Origin: Camelus dromedarius
Taxonomy: Eukaryota
DNA: 64,000 nt
NCBI RefSeq assembly: GCF_036321535.1
Contig: NC_087437.1
Coordinates: 21,516,001-21,580,000 of the forward strand
Direction: 5' to 3'
Shown here piece after piece: positions 52,528 to 64,000 of the stretch; within the stretch, counting starts at the first letter, position 1, and each line of letters opens with the position of its first letter. The notes under the pieces were generated by a model, which saw nothing but the letters and a program-made list of their open reading frames with translations, had not been told where the DNA came from and did not search any database. A program made the position numbers and the translations under genes.

Positions 52528-52660
52528 GGGGGGAAGGTATAGGTCAGTGGTAGAGCAGGTGCTTAGCATGCACGAGGTCCTGGGTTCAATCCCCAGGGCC
52601 TCCATTAAATAAACAAACAAACAAATAAACAAATCTAGTTACCTTCCCTCCTTAAACAAG
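52528..52660 (+). mobile_element. tRNA-derived SINE (vic-1-like)
   Basis: A and B boxes, AAAC/AAAT tail, imperfect TSD aacaatcctgg / aacaatgctgg. Confidence 0.88.
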
Positions 52661-53775
52661 AACAATGCTGGACAAATAGACTTTACATTGAAAGACAAAA
52701 AGAAATGAAGGCTCTCCATCCTCAACTGAGTATCAATAACCTTTCAAAATATCAAACTCTTGGCTCTGAGCCTAACATTTTTTCTTAAAGGTAAGAGGAG
52801 TCATCTAGTGGTGATTTTCCAGATCATATTCTCAGCTCTTGAATGTGTGATAAGAGAATTCAAATAGTAATAGCTAAGTATTATTAAGCATTAATAATAA
52901 CTACACATTATTAGGAGTTTTTATGTATTAACTCAGTTAATTCTTTTGAGAACCATATGAAATAGGTATTATTTTACTCTCATTTTACCAATGAGGAAAT
53001 GGAGGAATGGAAAGGTCAACTATCTTGCCTAAGGTTTTCAGTATTGAAAGAGAGATGCGGGAAGGTTTTAAAAAAGCCCAGTTCTTAACTTATTCTGCTA
53101 TTAGTTCAAACAAGAGAGTGCTGTGTTAGCAAAGTAATATCATTTTAGTAAAAAGGCAAATATTGAAAAATAAAAAAGTTAAAAAAGGAATATAATTAAT
53201 CTATTTTCTATTGCATCAATATAGGGAATCAAATTAGATAAAACAGCTAAGGCTATATAGGTTTTTGTTTTTTAAAATTAAGACATAAAAAAGGCTAGTT
53301 TAAGTGGGATTTTAAAAATACTTCATAATTGAATGAGTTTGTCAGTGGAAAAGTATATTTTAGAAATGATTCTGTAAAAGTTAAATAAATACAATTTTTA
53401 TGTTCTATAAAAAGATGAACTGTGTCTCAGAAGAATATGAAAGAATAGGGGGTTAACGCTATTTCTCAATCACAAATCTTCTATCTTGACTAGAATCATA
53501 AAATATTAATTCTTAAAATTAGAAACACTACAAGGACATAAAATATAAATGCTATGGCTTTATATTGATGTAGCATTTATATCTATTTAGATAAACTTAA
53601 CAGACATTGGAAATGGCTAGAACATTTTTTTAAATTACAGAATCATTTGACATAATTTAGAATCACTGAGTATATGTTTTATCTGATTGAAACACAAATA
53701 AATCATTTGCGGACTAATATACAGTTCATTTAACTTCAAATCTCATTAGCAACCTTCTTTATTGCAATTTAGTAC

Positions 53776-53911
53776 CTTGCACTTTTCAACTTCTTCTTCA
53801 ATTTTCTCAACAATAGCTGCATCCAGAATTTGTAAATCACAAGAAGAACGAGACAAAGTGCTCACAGGATGCCCCTTTAGCCAAGTTATAATTTCTTGAA
53901 CTTTCTCAGCA
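53776..53911 (-). CDS. XRN1: XRN1 coding exon, AEKVQEIITWLK...EVEKCK
   Basis: tag acceptor, gtact donor; 136 nt, phase 2-0. Confidence 0.96.
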
Positions 53912-54285
53912 CTATATTAAAAACAATTTTTTCACATTAATTAAAACTTTCTGAGGAGTTATAGAAAGGTTTGATACAAACTTTTGAGGGCTGTGAATTA
54001 TAAAAGACATTAAATATATAATTAACCACTACACTTAATTAGTAGTAATTATAAATCTAATATAAACATGAACATCTCATTTAATTTATAGTTAAAGTTA
54101 CTTTTCAGTACTTTACTGATCTAAGTGAAATAAAAAAATTATATTAAGATCTTAAAGCAAGAACAAAACAATACAAAACCTTCCTACCAAAAGTAATATA
54201 AATTCTTGAGAAACTAACTGCTGTACCTTTCAATGGAACCACCAAGTTGAACTATGAGGCAATAAATCCCACAAATTTTGCTTAC

Positions 54286-54375
54286 CCATTCTCATTTTCT
54301 CCAGGCCAAATATCATCTTCGTAGAACACATCCTCTTGGCTATTTTTGGCTATATAACAAAACAGTTCTGGAGCT
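54286..54375 (-). CDS. XRN1: XRN1 coding exon, APELFCYIAK...WPGENEN
   Basis: tag acceptor, gtaag donor; 90 nt, phase 2-2. Confidence 0.96.
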
Positions 54376-54829
54376 CTAGCCAAACAAACAAATAAACACA
54401 AATACTGCTTAAAAAATACACATGGCTAGTTTCATATAAACTTCCTATCAAATAATTCTGGATCCTAAGGGGACACAGTAAATATATTGAGGACACAGAG
54501 TATTAATAAGAGATAGAGACTAAAAGATTCAAAAGTATTCACAGGCTCTCAAAAGTTGAGGGAGTTGTAGTTGAGGGAGAAAAGATTCAATTCATGAACT
54601 ACAATAAACTCCAATTACTTACAAACCTCAATTACTGACTCAATCCCTAATAGACTATAATGACAGGCGATAAATGGACAAAAATAACCTCTACAGGGTT
54701 ATTCCCTAATTTTCACAACAAAGCTAGAGTACTCCTCAATAAAGCAAATGAAAACCCACTAAATCTTCTGATATTCCTCAAAATTCCATTGTTTCCTGAA
54801 GAGTGCAGTACTTTCAAATACACATAGCA

Positions 54830-57300
54830 GACTGAACACATGCTTATTTTTGCTTCTTTCCCAACCTATTAAAAGAACAATTAATTATAAAAAAGGGCAT
54901 AGACTTACAAAGACAGATGAAGAGCGAATTAGAGAATCCAATACTATATATGAGTTGTTAACAAAATGTAAGAAATTGAAAACTGAATAGATAAGTGTGA
55001 AATGATCTGACAGACAGGAATAAGCTGCACCACAAGCCACCAGGGTGGGAGGTCAACAAGAAGCAAGTTGATTTGAACTGTGGAAGTCTGCAAAAGCTCA
55101 GGAGATACGGGCTTCAGGTACATTTTAATGCTATAGTATGTAGTGAGGTTATTAGGCTTTTAGTTGAAAATTTTGTATAATAAGCAGGTAGGTGGTCATG
55201 TGATTATTTGCCTTCTACTCCAGCATAACTCCCATGGTTTATCTTTTGGAGAGGTTGACTAGGGGCTGCTCTAGCCTTGGGTATTCCAGGCACAGGGAAC
55301 TGGATGGGTGGGGCGTGAGGAGAGGCCAGGTGCCCTACTGAAAACAGGGGATTCATGAAAGTATAACTACTGTACAATGTGTCACTAGGAATCAGGCTAG
55401 GAAGTATAACATCTTTAAGAAACAGTCTCTGAGATGGAGATAAACATGCAGGAAGTTTATTAGTGAGTTTTGTGGAATCAATACCTGTAAAGGGAAGGAA
55501 GATAGGAAGGAGCAGAATTGGGCACAGGGAGAAGTTGGGCTGTGATTCATTCTTAATGAACTCCTTGGCCAGTAGTATACAGATCTCAGACTAGGAAGGC
55601 CCCCTCAGACTTGTCCTGAACTGGGGCAATCAGGTTGGCTGGGCCTTGACACCTCCTTGTTGATCAGGCATTAGACCTGTGGCTTTTGTGGGCAAGGGGC
55701 ATAACTTTAACCTATTCCTGCTGCCAAGGGAATATGTCCTCAGTCCTGAAGGGACATTGTCGGGGTGGGGTACCTGGGTGGGGTGTATCATAGTATTCAC
55801 TATGTAGTAAGACCCCAGTTCCCTGGTTAACTTCCAAACCACTGGAAGTCAGTTTTATTCTCTGCAGAAAAGTCTGGAGAACAGATCTCTACCTAGCCTA
55901 AGAGAAAGAATATACATATAGGAAGTGATATTTGGAGATCCTCTGCAGAAATAGCCAAGTCTCACCTGACAAGCCCAAAGAATAAGAAAAGAAAAAGAAA
56001 AAAAAAGCAATTTGGAGAAAACAGAAAATACTGAGAATAGAAGAAAATCTAGATTACTATCTTCAGAGAAATAAAAGAAATTTCATTCATTGTAAGAACA
56101 AGATGCTATAAAAAAGGAATGGCAGAGGATAAGGACACACTTTTAGAAATTAAAAATGATTAAATAAAAAATTTAAAAGATATGTTGAAGAAATCTCCTA
56201 CAGAGTAGAACAGGGGTATAATATAGGAAATAGATAAGAAGAGATACGAAAATCAGAAGAATTAATCCAAAAAAGTCTAACATCTAGCGAAAGGAGTCCC
56301 AGAAAGAGAGAACAACAACAAATGGTGAGGAGGAAATTATAAAAGAAATAATTCAGAAAAGTTTCTTGGAATGGAAGGGCATCAGCTTCAAGTCTAAAAA
56401 GACAGCAAAACAAACGAAAAAAGACCCATACTAAGGTACACATCATCACATTATTAAACAGCAGTGGTAAAGGGAAGATTCTAAAAAGATTTCAGAAATG
56501 AAAATAGGTCACACACACAGATTCAGAATCAGAATGGCATACGACTTCTTGACAGCAAAGGAAACAAGAAGAGAATGGAGCAGTACTTCCCAAATTCTGA
56601 AGGAAAATAATCTCCAGTCTAGGAGGTTTAAACAAATTTCCAGATATGCAAGCTTTCTTAGGAAGCTGCCTGTGTAACTGCTCCATCAAAATGGAGATAT
56701 AAACCAGGAGTAAGGCATAAAAGCCAGGAAATAAAGGAATCCTATGCAGGGGAATGGTGAAGGGAGTTCCTAGGATGATCATAAAGAGAAACTCTAGGAT
56801 GAGAGCTGTGCAATGGCCAGGAGCAGTTAGTTCACACTGAAGCAGGAAGACAGACGGTTTTAGAAGGAAGTCTACAAGAAGAAAATGGAACTGACAAGTC
56901 ACACAATCTGTTTGACTGTATTAAGTTTTCCAGCTACAGCACAGAGTTTAGAGCCAAATTAGTCATGTGAACATAGATAAGAAACAAATGAATAAATACA
57001 AAAAGAACAAAAATGTGTATAAGAAAGGAAATGTAATCCTAATATTCTACAAGGTCCAGCTGTGTCCATTTACATTATCTTAAGTAAACTTTAAATACAG
57101 TTTAATGTTAAAAACTGTAGAGAGGGGGAAATATGTTTGTGTGTGTCTGGAGGTGAGGGAATAGGGAGTGGGAGCGCTAGAAGAGAGCTAAAGCTTCATC
57201 TTCCATGGTAGGAAATCAATGCATATGTCAAGTTGAAAAATCAAGAAAAAGCAATCTAAATATGACATTTTAAAGTAAATAGAAGAAATAATCTAAATTT
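54830..57300 (+). mobile_element. Degraded ancient L1 5'/ORF1-like remnants with a probable MLT1-like insert at ~55390-55760
   Basis: A-rich ORF1-like motifs (gaaataattcagaaaagtttc, gaatcagaatggcat); boundaries approximate. Confidence 0.5.
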
Positions 57301-57313
57301 TCAGATGGTAATA

Positions 57314-57808
57314 TGTGATTGAATTGTGTGACCTCCAACCCTCTCAAGTAAGATATATTGAAGTCCCAACTCCTAGTGCCTCAGAATGTGACTTTATTTG
57401 GAAAACGGGTTTTTAAAAGAAGTAATAGGCACTAATCCAGTATTACCAGTGTCCTTATAAAAGGAGAAATTTGGACAGAGACAGGCATGTACACAGAGGT
57501 GATGTGAAAACACACAGATGTGAAGACACGTAGCGAGATGGTACGAAGACACATAGGGAGAAAACCATGTGAAGCTGGAGGACTGGCTGATGCCTCAAGA
57601 GGCTAAGGAACAAAACTCGTGAGGCTACAAGCAGCTGGGAGACGTGTGCGAACAGTGCCTTCCCTAGCACCTTCAGAGGAAGCATGGCCCTATCAACACC
57701 TTGATTTTACACTTCTGGTCTCCAGAACTGTGAGACAATAAACTTCTGTTGTTTTAAGTCACCCAGTTTGTGGTACTTTGTTATGGCAGCCCTAAGACAC
57801 TAAATACA
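57314..57808 (+). mobile_element. MaLR solo LTR (MLT1B/C-like)
   Basis: tgaattgtgt...cctcagaatgtgac...ctccagaactgtgagacaataaacttctgttgttttaag...ggcagccc...aataca. Confidence 0.85.
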
Positions 57809-58381
57809 GGGATCCTCAAATATGAGAAGGTTAGAAACCAGTCGAACAATGGAAAGAACACTAAATTGTGAATCAGAAGTAACGATACTTCCTGTAAATC
57901 TCTGTCACTAAGTGGCTCAGTTAATCTTGGTACTCATATTTCTTATTGTTATACTGAGGAGTTGAGACTTGTTGATTTCTTAAACTATTCTAGCAATAAA
58001 ATTCAGTAATTCTAGGATAGTAATCTATTGGCCAGCTGGAGTTTTAAGAAAGCTCACTATGCCAAGAGCTGTTCTGTTTATCCATACTAATCCTCTTACT
58101 ACTGACAAACAGAGTAGTGAATACTTTATGATAGCAAAGTAAGGAAATTTTTAATAAAATGGAAGCCAATTCTCATTATCCTTTATTCATTTTAAATAAT
58201 GTAAGTAAAGTATTTTTCTATCCTATTTTAGGTAATGGCTATGATGCTCTATGATACAAAATTAAGTTTATATGTAACACATATCACATTTTGCTAAAGG
58301 AAACATTTGCTTCATCAGAAAGTCAAAACAGTTATATTCCTACGTTTTTGGATGCCCAGTAAGATCTTGCTAGGCACTTAC

Positions 58382-58528
58382 CTCTCTAAATACTCTGCAA
58401 GAAGTTGTTCTGCTGCAGATGAATACATCCATTCACTTCCAACTTTTTTAGTATATCCAGGTACCTCCTCATTTTTTTTGTTGAATTTGAGATTCAAACC
58501 CACATTTGCTTTATGGTCTCCATGAGGG
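58382..58528 (-). CDS. XRN1: XRN1 coding exon, PHGDHKANVGLNLKFNKK...AEYLE
   Basis: cag acceptor, gtaagt donor; 147 nt, phase 2-2; lies within ORF 58378..58563. Confidence 0.97.
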
Positions 58529-58540
58529 CTGAATTTAAAC

Positions 58541-58564
58541 CACACACACACACACACACACACA
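58541..58564. repeat. (CA)12 microsatellite, (TG)12 on the XRN1 strand, at a 3' splice site
   Basis: Direct reading. Confidence 0.95.
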
Positions 58565-59041
58565 AAAGTTTTAAAATTTTGTTAAAAAGAATAAAAAGTT
58601 TTGCTTTTGATTCTTAGAAAAGTTTAGATTGTCTTTCTATGTTTTAGCTATCATGGTTATTTCCAAAGTAGCAGTAATGGAAAAACTAGAGGAAAGGCTT
58701 CAAAACCCAAGTTAACAAGGCATATAAATAGATTATGTAATTAGAGAGGAGAATGAAACAAGAAAATGCAGGGAAATATATTATTGAGATTCACACACAC
58801 CTTCTGATACCTTTTTTCAAGGTTCAATTTGTTAGCTGCTAAAAATAAGAACTGTCTTTCCAACCACCTAAAGCATGTGCCATTTAGATGAAAGATCACC
58901 ATCAGAGGAATTTATGCATAATTTTTAAAGAAAATTCAGAGCAATTAATAAGAAAAAATAAATCCTGAAATATTAACCATTTTATCTTTATCATTTAATT
59001 TTTTCTGCCACTTTAAGTAAATTTCTCTAACATAAACTTAC

Positions 59042-59157
59042 TTTCTCCTAGATCCTCTTCCAATAAAAATACTTCCTGTAAACCTTGAAACAAGGTATCC
59101 ACTCACTCCAAGGCGACTGGCCAACACATATCCTGGGTTGTACTTTATAGAATATTT
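59042..59157 (-). CDS. XRN1: XRN1 coding exon, KYSIKYNPGY...IGRGSRR
   Basis: aag acceptor, gtaagt donor; 116 nt, phase 0-2. Confidence 0.96.
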
Positions 59158-60254
59158 CTTTAAATATAAAAACAAAAAGGTCAATTATGGAAACACAAAG
59201 CATTAAATGTTATTTCTTTACCTTTAAAATCTGGAGATAATTAAGACATCACTAACATTTTGGATTGTGCCAATGTAAGGATTCTCAAAAGTAGTGATCT
59301 CCTCCTCACCCCTCATTTTTAGAAAGGATTTACAGGCAGAATTTCTCTGCTCCTCTTTCTCCTTAAAGGACAGAATTTCCAAGGATGAATGAAAGAGGGA
59401 GGAAACATACAGTTTGTGAAACTGTCTCAAGAAATAAACTCTATTGTAAGTACTAAATGGCAAACTCTGGAGGCAAGAACTACTTTAAAAAAATGAATTT
59501 TTATATTCTAAGAAGGGCCTGGTAAAGTACCTGGGACAAAATGAGGTCTTGAAAATTATTACGCTGAATTAAAACATGAGCTCATCAAAACAGTTGCTAC
59601 TGAGCAAAATTAAGGGTGTCCTTCATATATAGATATAAGTTATATTTGCTTCCCCTAATTATTTACTACCGTAGGAAAATAACAAATATGTATAGGCTTG
59701 TAATTAGAATATTATTAATATAATTCAGTCAATGTAACCTTAATTTTGTGTACCTACAGGAAGAAACTATGAAGATTGTCAAATTAAAAAAAAAGTACTA
59801 GTTCATATAATTTTAAACCAGGAAGCAAATTACTCACCAATCCAGTACCAACAAGGGTAAGCTGCCATATACGCCTACCATCATGTATGTAATAATAACA
59901 CATACTTGTTTTATATGGATTTTGTTCACTTTTTAAAATTTCATACAAATACTTTATACTCTTATTTTATAGGACTATAAGGATATTTTATCATCAACAA
60001 AAGCAAAATTTCCATGGACTGGTAATACATTATTTTCCACCGTTACTATTATTTTTTTTAATGACCATTGTCTATAATGGTCCCTAAATGGATACACTTT
60101 TTTAGTGGCCTGGAACATACAGTCACTATTAAAACACATTAATACACTAGCAAAAAATGCAACAGGGTTTTCCATAAAAAATATCACACAATGTATTATT
60201 AGAAATAATACAAACAAATCAAGTACGCTTTCCAGAAGAGAAAGGAAAAATCAA

Positions 60255-60465
60255 GGTAGTTTTCTATCACAGCAGTACCACTCTTCTAATAAGCATTTGA
60301 AAATGTGTAGGGGCACATTCAGTTACAATAATTGCACAGGTGTCAAGCACTTTGTATCCAGGGACCAAGGATGCCAACTGTCCTGCCACATACAGAACAG
60401 TCCTATTTAACACATAATTGTCCTGCTCAAAATACCATGAGTACACTTTTTGAGAAATACTGGGT
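60255..60465. mobile_element. MER20-like DNA transposon remnant
   Basis: ccagggaccaaggatgcc...taattgtcctgctcaaaat...ttgagaaatactg. Confidence 0.55.
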
Positions 60466-60853
60466 TATGGTATAACTAAAAAGTAATTAAAATTATCACA
60501 AATATCCTAGAAAATATATAAGTTAGAGAAAGAAGAAGGCTTGAGTAAAAGTTAAAGAAAGTACGTAAAGAGAAAGTATAGTAGAGAAGGCATGCCTAGC
60601 AACACTCTACACCTGGAATTGGACAGGCTCTTTCAGATGTAGAAAAAGCCAAGGATGAAGCAACACAAGTTCTTCTACTTCTACTGACCCCTAGAACAGA
60701 CCTCCAGCTCCTTTCTCTAAAGGGCCAGTCTCCTGGTTTCCTGACCATGCTTTCTGAATTGTTTCTCCAAAAAAGACCCAACGGCAAGATTTTAGGGACT
60801 ATTCTGTTTTCCACAAAGTTTCCTCATAGGTATGCTGGTGCCTAATGCCTTAA

Positions 60854-61063
60854 TTTTTTTTAATATTTTTTTTAAAATTGAGTTATAGTCAGTTTACAAT
60901 GTTGTGTCAATTTCCAGTGTAGAGCACAATTTTTCTGTTATACATGAACATACATATATTCTCACATTCTTTTTTGCTGTGAGCTACTACAAGATCTTGT
61001 ATATATTTCCCTGTACTGTACAATATAATCTTGTTTATCTATTCTACATATACCTATCAGTAT
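60854..61063 (-). mobile_element. Short young L1 3' tail with 12-bp TSD
   Basis: TSD ctaatgccttaa at 60842-60853 and 61064-61075; same family as the 3' end of 11880-12706. Confidence 0.9.
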
Positions 61064-61770
61064 CTAATGCCTTAAATTAATTTCATGGGATACAAATCTT
61101 TACATTACTAGAGAAAGTAAAAGTGTAAGTAACAACAGCTGGCTGACTGTGAATTAATTTCAGTCAAGTTAATTATCCAATCAATCAATAAGAACAAATA
61201 AGAGATTTCAGAATCATCCTTTTATTTTAAAATGGGAAAATAAAAGGAGGTCAATGAACATCTTTGGAGAAAAAGGTCCCTCAAAAGGATGCCATGTCAT
61301 CCTGCAGAGGTATACTCAATGGCTTAATGCAGTTTAGGCAGTTTCCCAATTTTCTCTAGGGACTGTTCATCTTTAGCTGAATATAGACATAGAACCTTTT
61401 GTGAGAAGCCATTTGTCACTTGTAAATTAAAAGGCAGGCTTTGATTAATTATGAAAGACTTAAAAAACCTAACTCTATTCCGAGAGGGTATGCTAATCAA
61501 TGTGCCACTTATAAGCTTGAACAAAATAACCCATAATAACCATTTTAGATTAATAGCAGGATTGCAGTGGTTTTTCCTCCAAAGATCTGCATGAAGTTTT
61601 CAGCACAGATTTAATACTTATTTTTGAATGATACAAGATGCAACTGTTAGAGAATTTAATCAGTATTAAATAAAATACTTGCATAATTCAAAGGAGGTAC
61701 CAAAAATATACTTCTAACATTTTAAAAGTTAATTAATTCTGAATTAAATAATATAGACTATAGTACTCAC

Positions 61771-61869
61771 ATGCTGGTTCTGTATTAAAGCATCAAGATT
61801 GGGTTCACATGGAATGCTGAAAACCACACGAATCCTGCCTTCCGTAATCACATCCCCTGAATCCTGAAC
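61771..61869 (-). CDS. XRN1: XRN1 coding exon, VQDSGDVITEG...LIQNQH
   Basis: aag acceptor, gtgagt donor; 99 nt, phase 0-0. Confidence 0.96.
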
Positions 61870-62094
61870 CTTGGAGGGGGAGAAAAATCACAGTATGTTT
61901 TAGCCTCTTTCACTATGTTTTATTTACTTATTTTTCTACTTATTTGAATAGTGTTTGTTATTTCTGAAAGACAGTTAAGACAATAAAGGTGACAGTGGAA
62001 ATTCTCTTGGAATTTGTAACTGGATTTGGTTATATTGTAAATTTAAGTCATTGTCCCTTGCTTTAATAGTTGTTAACCAGTCTTTCACTTCATA

Positions 62095-63340
62095 CTAACT
62101 TTCATTTGCAAATAATTTCAAACTATTAAAAAGTTGCAAAAATAAAAACAGGTCAAAGAACACTAAAAACATTCACTCAGATTCACCTGTTGTTAACATT
62201 TTACTCCATTTACTTAACATTTGTGCTTCATGTGTGTATTTACTTACATATAATTACTTTTCTGAACTTCTTGAGGGTATATTGCATATATCAGGTCCCT
62301 TACCCCTAACTATTTTGGTGCATATTTCCTAAGAAGAAGGATATTTTATTATATAACCATGGTACAGTTATTAAGTACATAAATTTATGACAATATTTTT
62401 TCTAATCTACTGTCCATATACCAATTTTGTCAGTTGACCTAAAAATGTCCTATATTTATAGAAAACTCTTTACTCTCTCTACTACAGGATCAGGTTAGGA
62501 TCAGATACTGCATTTAGATGTCATATCTCTTTAGCCTCCTTTAATCTAGAATATATCCAGAAACTTCCTTTGTCTTTCATACACTGACATTTTGAAGAAT
62601 ACAGTTCATTCCTCCCTCTCTACCTTGCCTTAAAAAAAATTCTTCATTTTGGATTTTTCTGATGCTTCCCTGTGATGAGGTTAAGGTTATATATTCTCAG
62701 CCAGAATAGTGCAGAGGGGATGAGTCCTTTGTAGGGTATCCCATTTGGAGGTACGTGATGTTTATTTGTCCTTCACTGTGATACTAATTTTGATCATACA
62801 ATCATATGTTGCTCAGTTTCTTTACTGTATAGTTACAGTTTTTGCTTCCCTTGCAACTAAATAGCCTGCAGGGAGACACTTTCTACGACCATGAAAATAT
62901 CTTGCTCCTGATCAAAAATCCCCCTTTGATTTAGCTTCCAATGATGACTGTTGTCTGATGCAATCTATATCATAACTATTGTAAAATGATGGTATTCCAA
63001 CTCCTCCACTTCCTCCACATTTGCCCTAGACATGATACTATAAGCAAAAGCCATTCCCTTCCCCATTTATTCACCTTTTATTATCACTTTGGAATTATGC
63101 ATTCCTATTCCCCACCCGCAATGGTTTTTAACACACTAAGAACTTGGTTATTTTGGTACTCAAAACAGTCCCCGATTTGGCTGGTAGAAGTCTCTTCAAC
63201 CTGGTTCCTGTTTTTATGTGATGTGCTCCGATCATTCTTTTGAGCACCTCCTTGCTCCCCTGTATAACGTTTTAGGCTTATCTTGTACACGTCCTGCACC
63301 AGCCCTGTAATCAGTCATTTCTCTGAGAAGCCTGGTTCTA
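62095..63340 (-). mobile_element. Old L1 (L1MC-like) 3' region
   Basis: Same family type as 1228-2220. Confidence 0.65.
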
Positions 63341-63547
63341 CTAAAAAAGAGATCAGAATTTGAATTTTTTCCCACCACCTCCTGATCCCAACGTTTTCAA
63401 GACTAAATATATGTAGCTATGTGTTTACAAATTAGATGAATGAATTCTTTCCTATTTTTTTCCCTTCAGTATTAAATTTTTACACCTGAATGAAGAGAAG
63501 TTAAATTGACACCAGAAATTTAATTAGTAATAATAAGAGAAACTAAC

Positions 63548-63661
63548 TTCTCCAGTGCATCCATAATAGGGTGTTCCCAGCATAAAGACCATACTTCTAG
63601 GAGGAAATAAGTCATCCAATGTTTTAATATTAGAGAAGCGAGAGTCAAAGGCTCGGATGTC
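63548..63661 (-). CDS. XRN1: XRN1 internal coding exon (first in window), DIRAFDSRF...PYYGCTGE
   Basis: tag acceptor, gttagt donor; 114 nt, phase 0-0; translation matches XRN1 as recalled. Confidence 0.96.
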
Positions 63662-64000
63662 CTATGCAGAATGAAATATAAAAGTGAATCATCACAGTTA
63701 AAATTTTCATAGATTGCATATCAAGTATTTTTCCTACACAATTATGACGATGCTGTCTACCAACACCAAATGTAAAGATTTCCTACATAACAATACTAGT
63801 AGTCAAAATTTACTATCTGCTCACACGCCAGACACTCTTCTAGGTACTTCACTTCAAGACAACCCTCTGTGGCAGAGACTATCACTAGCCCCATTTTATA
63901 GATAAGGAAACTAAAGCACAGAAAGAAGGTGAATCTTGCCCAAGGTCATATAGCTAAGAAATCAACTCAGTCTGTGCTCTTAATCGCTATGCTATACTGT

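Noticed and set aside
7184..52660. tRNA-Ala-like sequences at 7184, 16760, 25038, 47569 and 52528 as tRNA genes
   Set aside because: They have AT-rich tails, mostly with target-site duplications, and diverge from each other; these are SINEs
1..64000. CRISPR array, operon or other prokaryotic system
   Set aside because: The sequence is clearly mammalian (spliceosomal introns, L1, SINE, LTR); no regularly spaced repeats seen

Overview
Mammalian genomic DNA, most likely camelid (alpaca/camel), inferred from five tRNA-Ala-like SINEs resembling the camelid vic-1 family and matching young L1 3' ends. Bases ~18.4-64 kb hold the 3' half of XRN1 (5'-3' exoribonuclease 1) on the minus strand. I traced 22 coding exons with GT-AG boundaries and consistent phases to the stop at 23187-23189, followed by a ~4.8 kb 3' UTR. 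These include two candidate cassette exons and a NAGNAG acceptor. The rest is L1, LTR, SINE and DNA-transposon repeats, except ~11.4-18.0 kb (possibly extending to base 1). There the minus strand carries decayed, phase-compatible coding exons with stops and frameshifts. Their translation shows superfamily-2 helicase-like motifs and, by my recollection of the sequences, similarity to GREB1/GREB1L. This suggests a multi-exon pseudogene of a GREB1-family paralog starting about 0.5 kb past the putative distal XRN1 poly(A) signal. All family assignments come from reading and memory; no database search was run.
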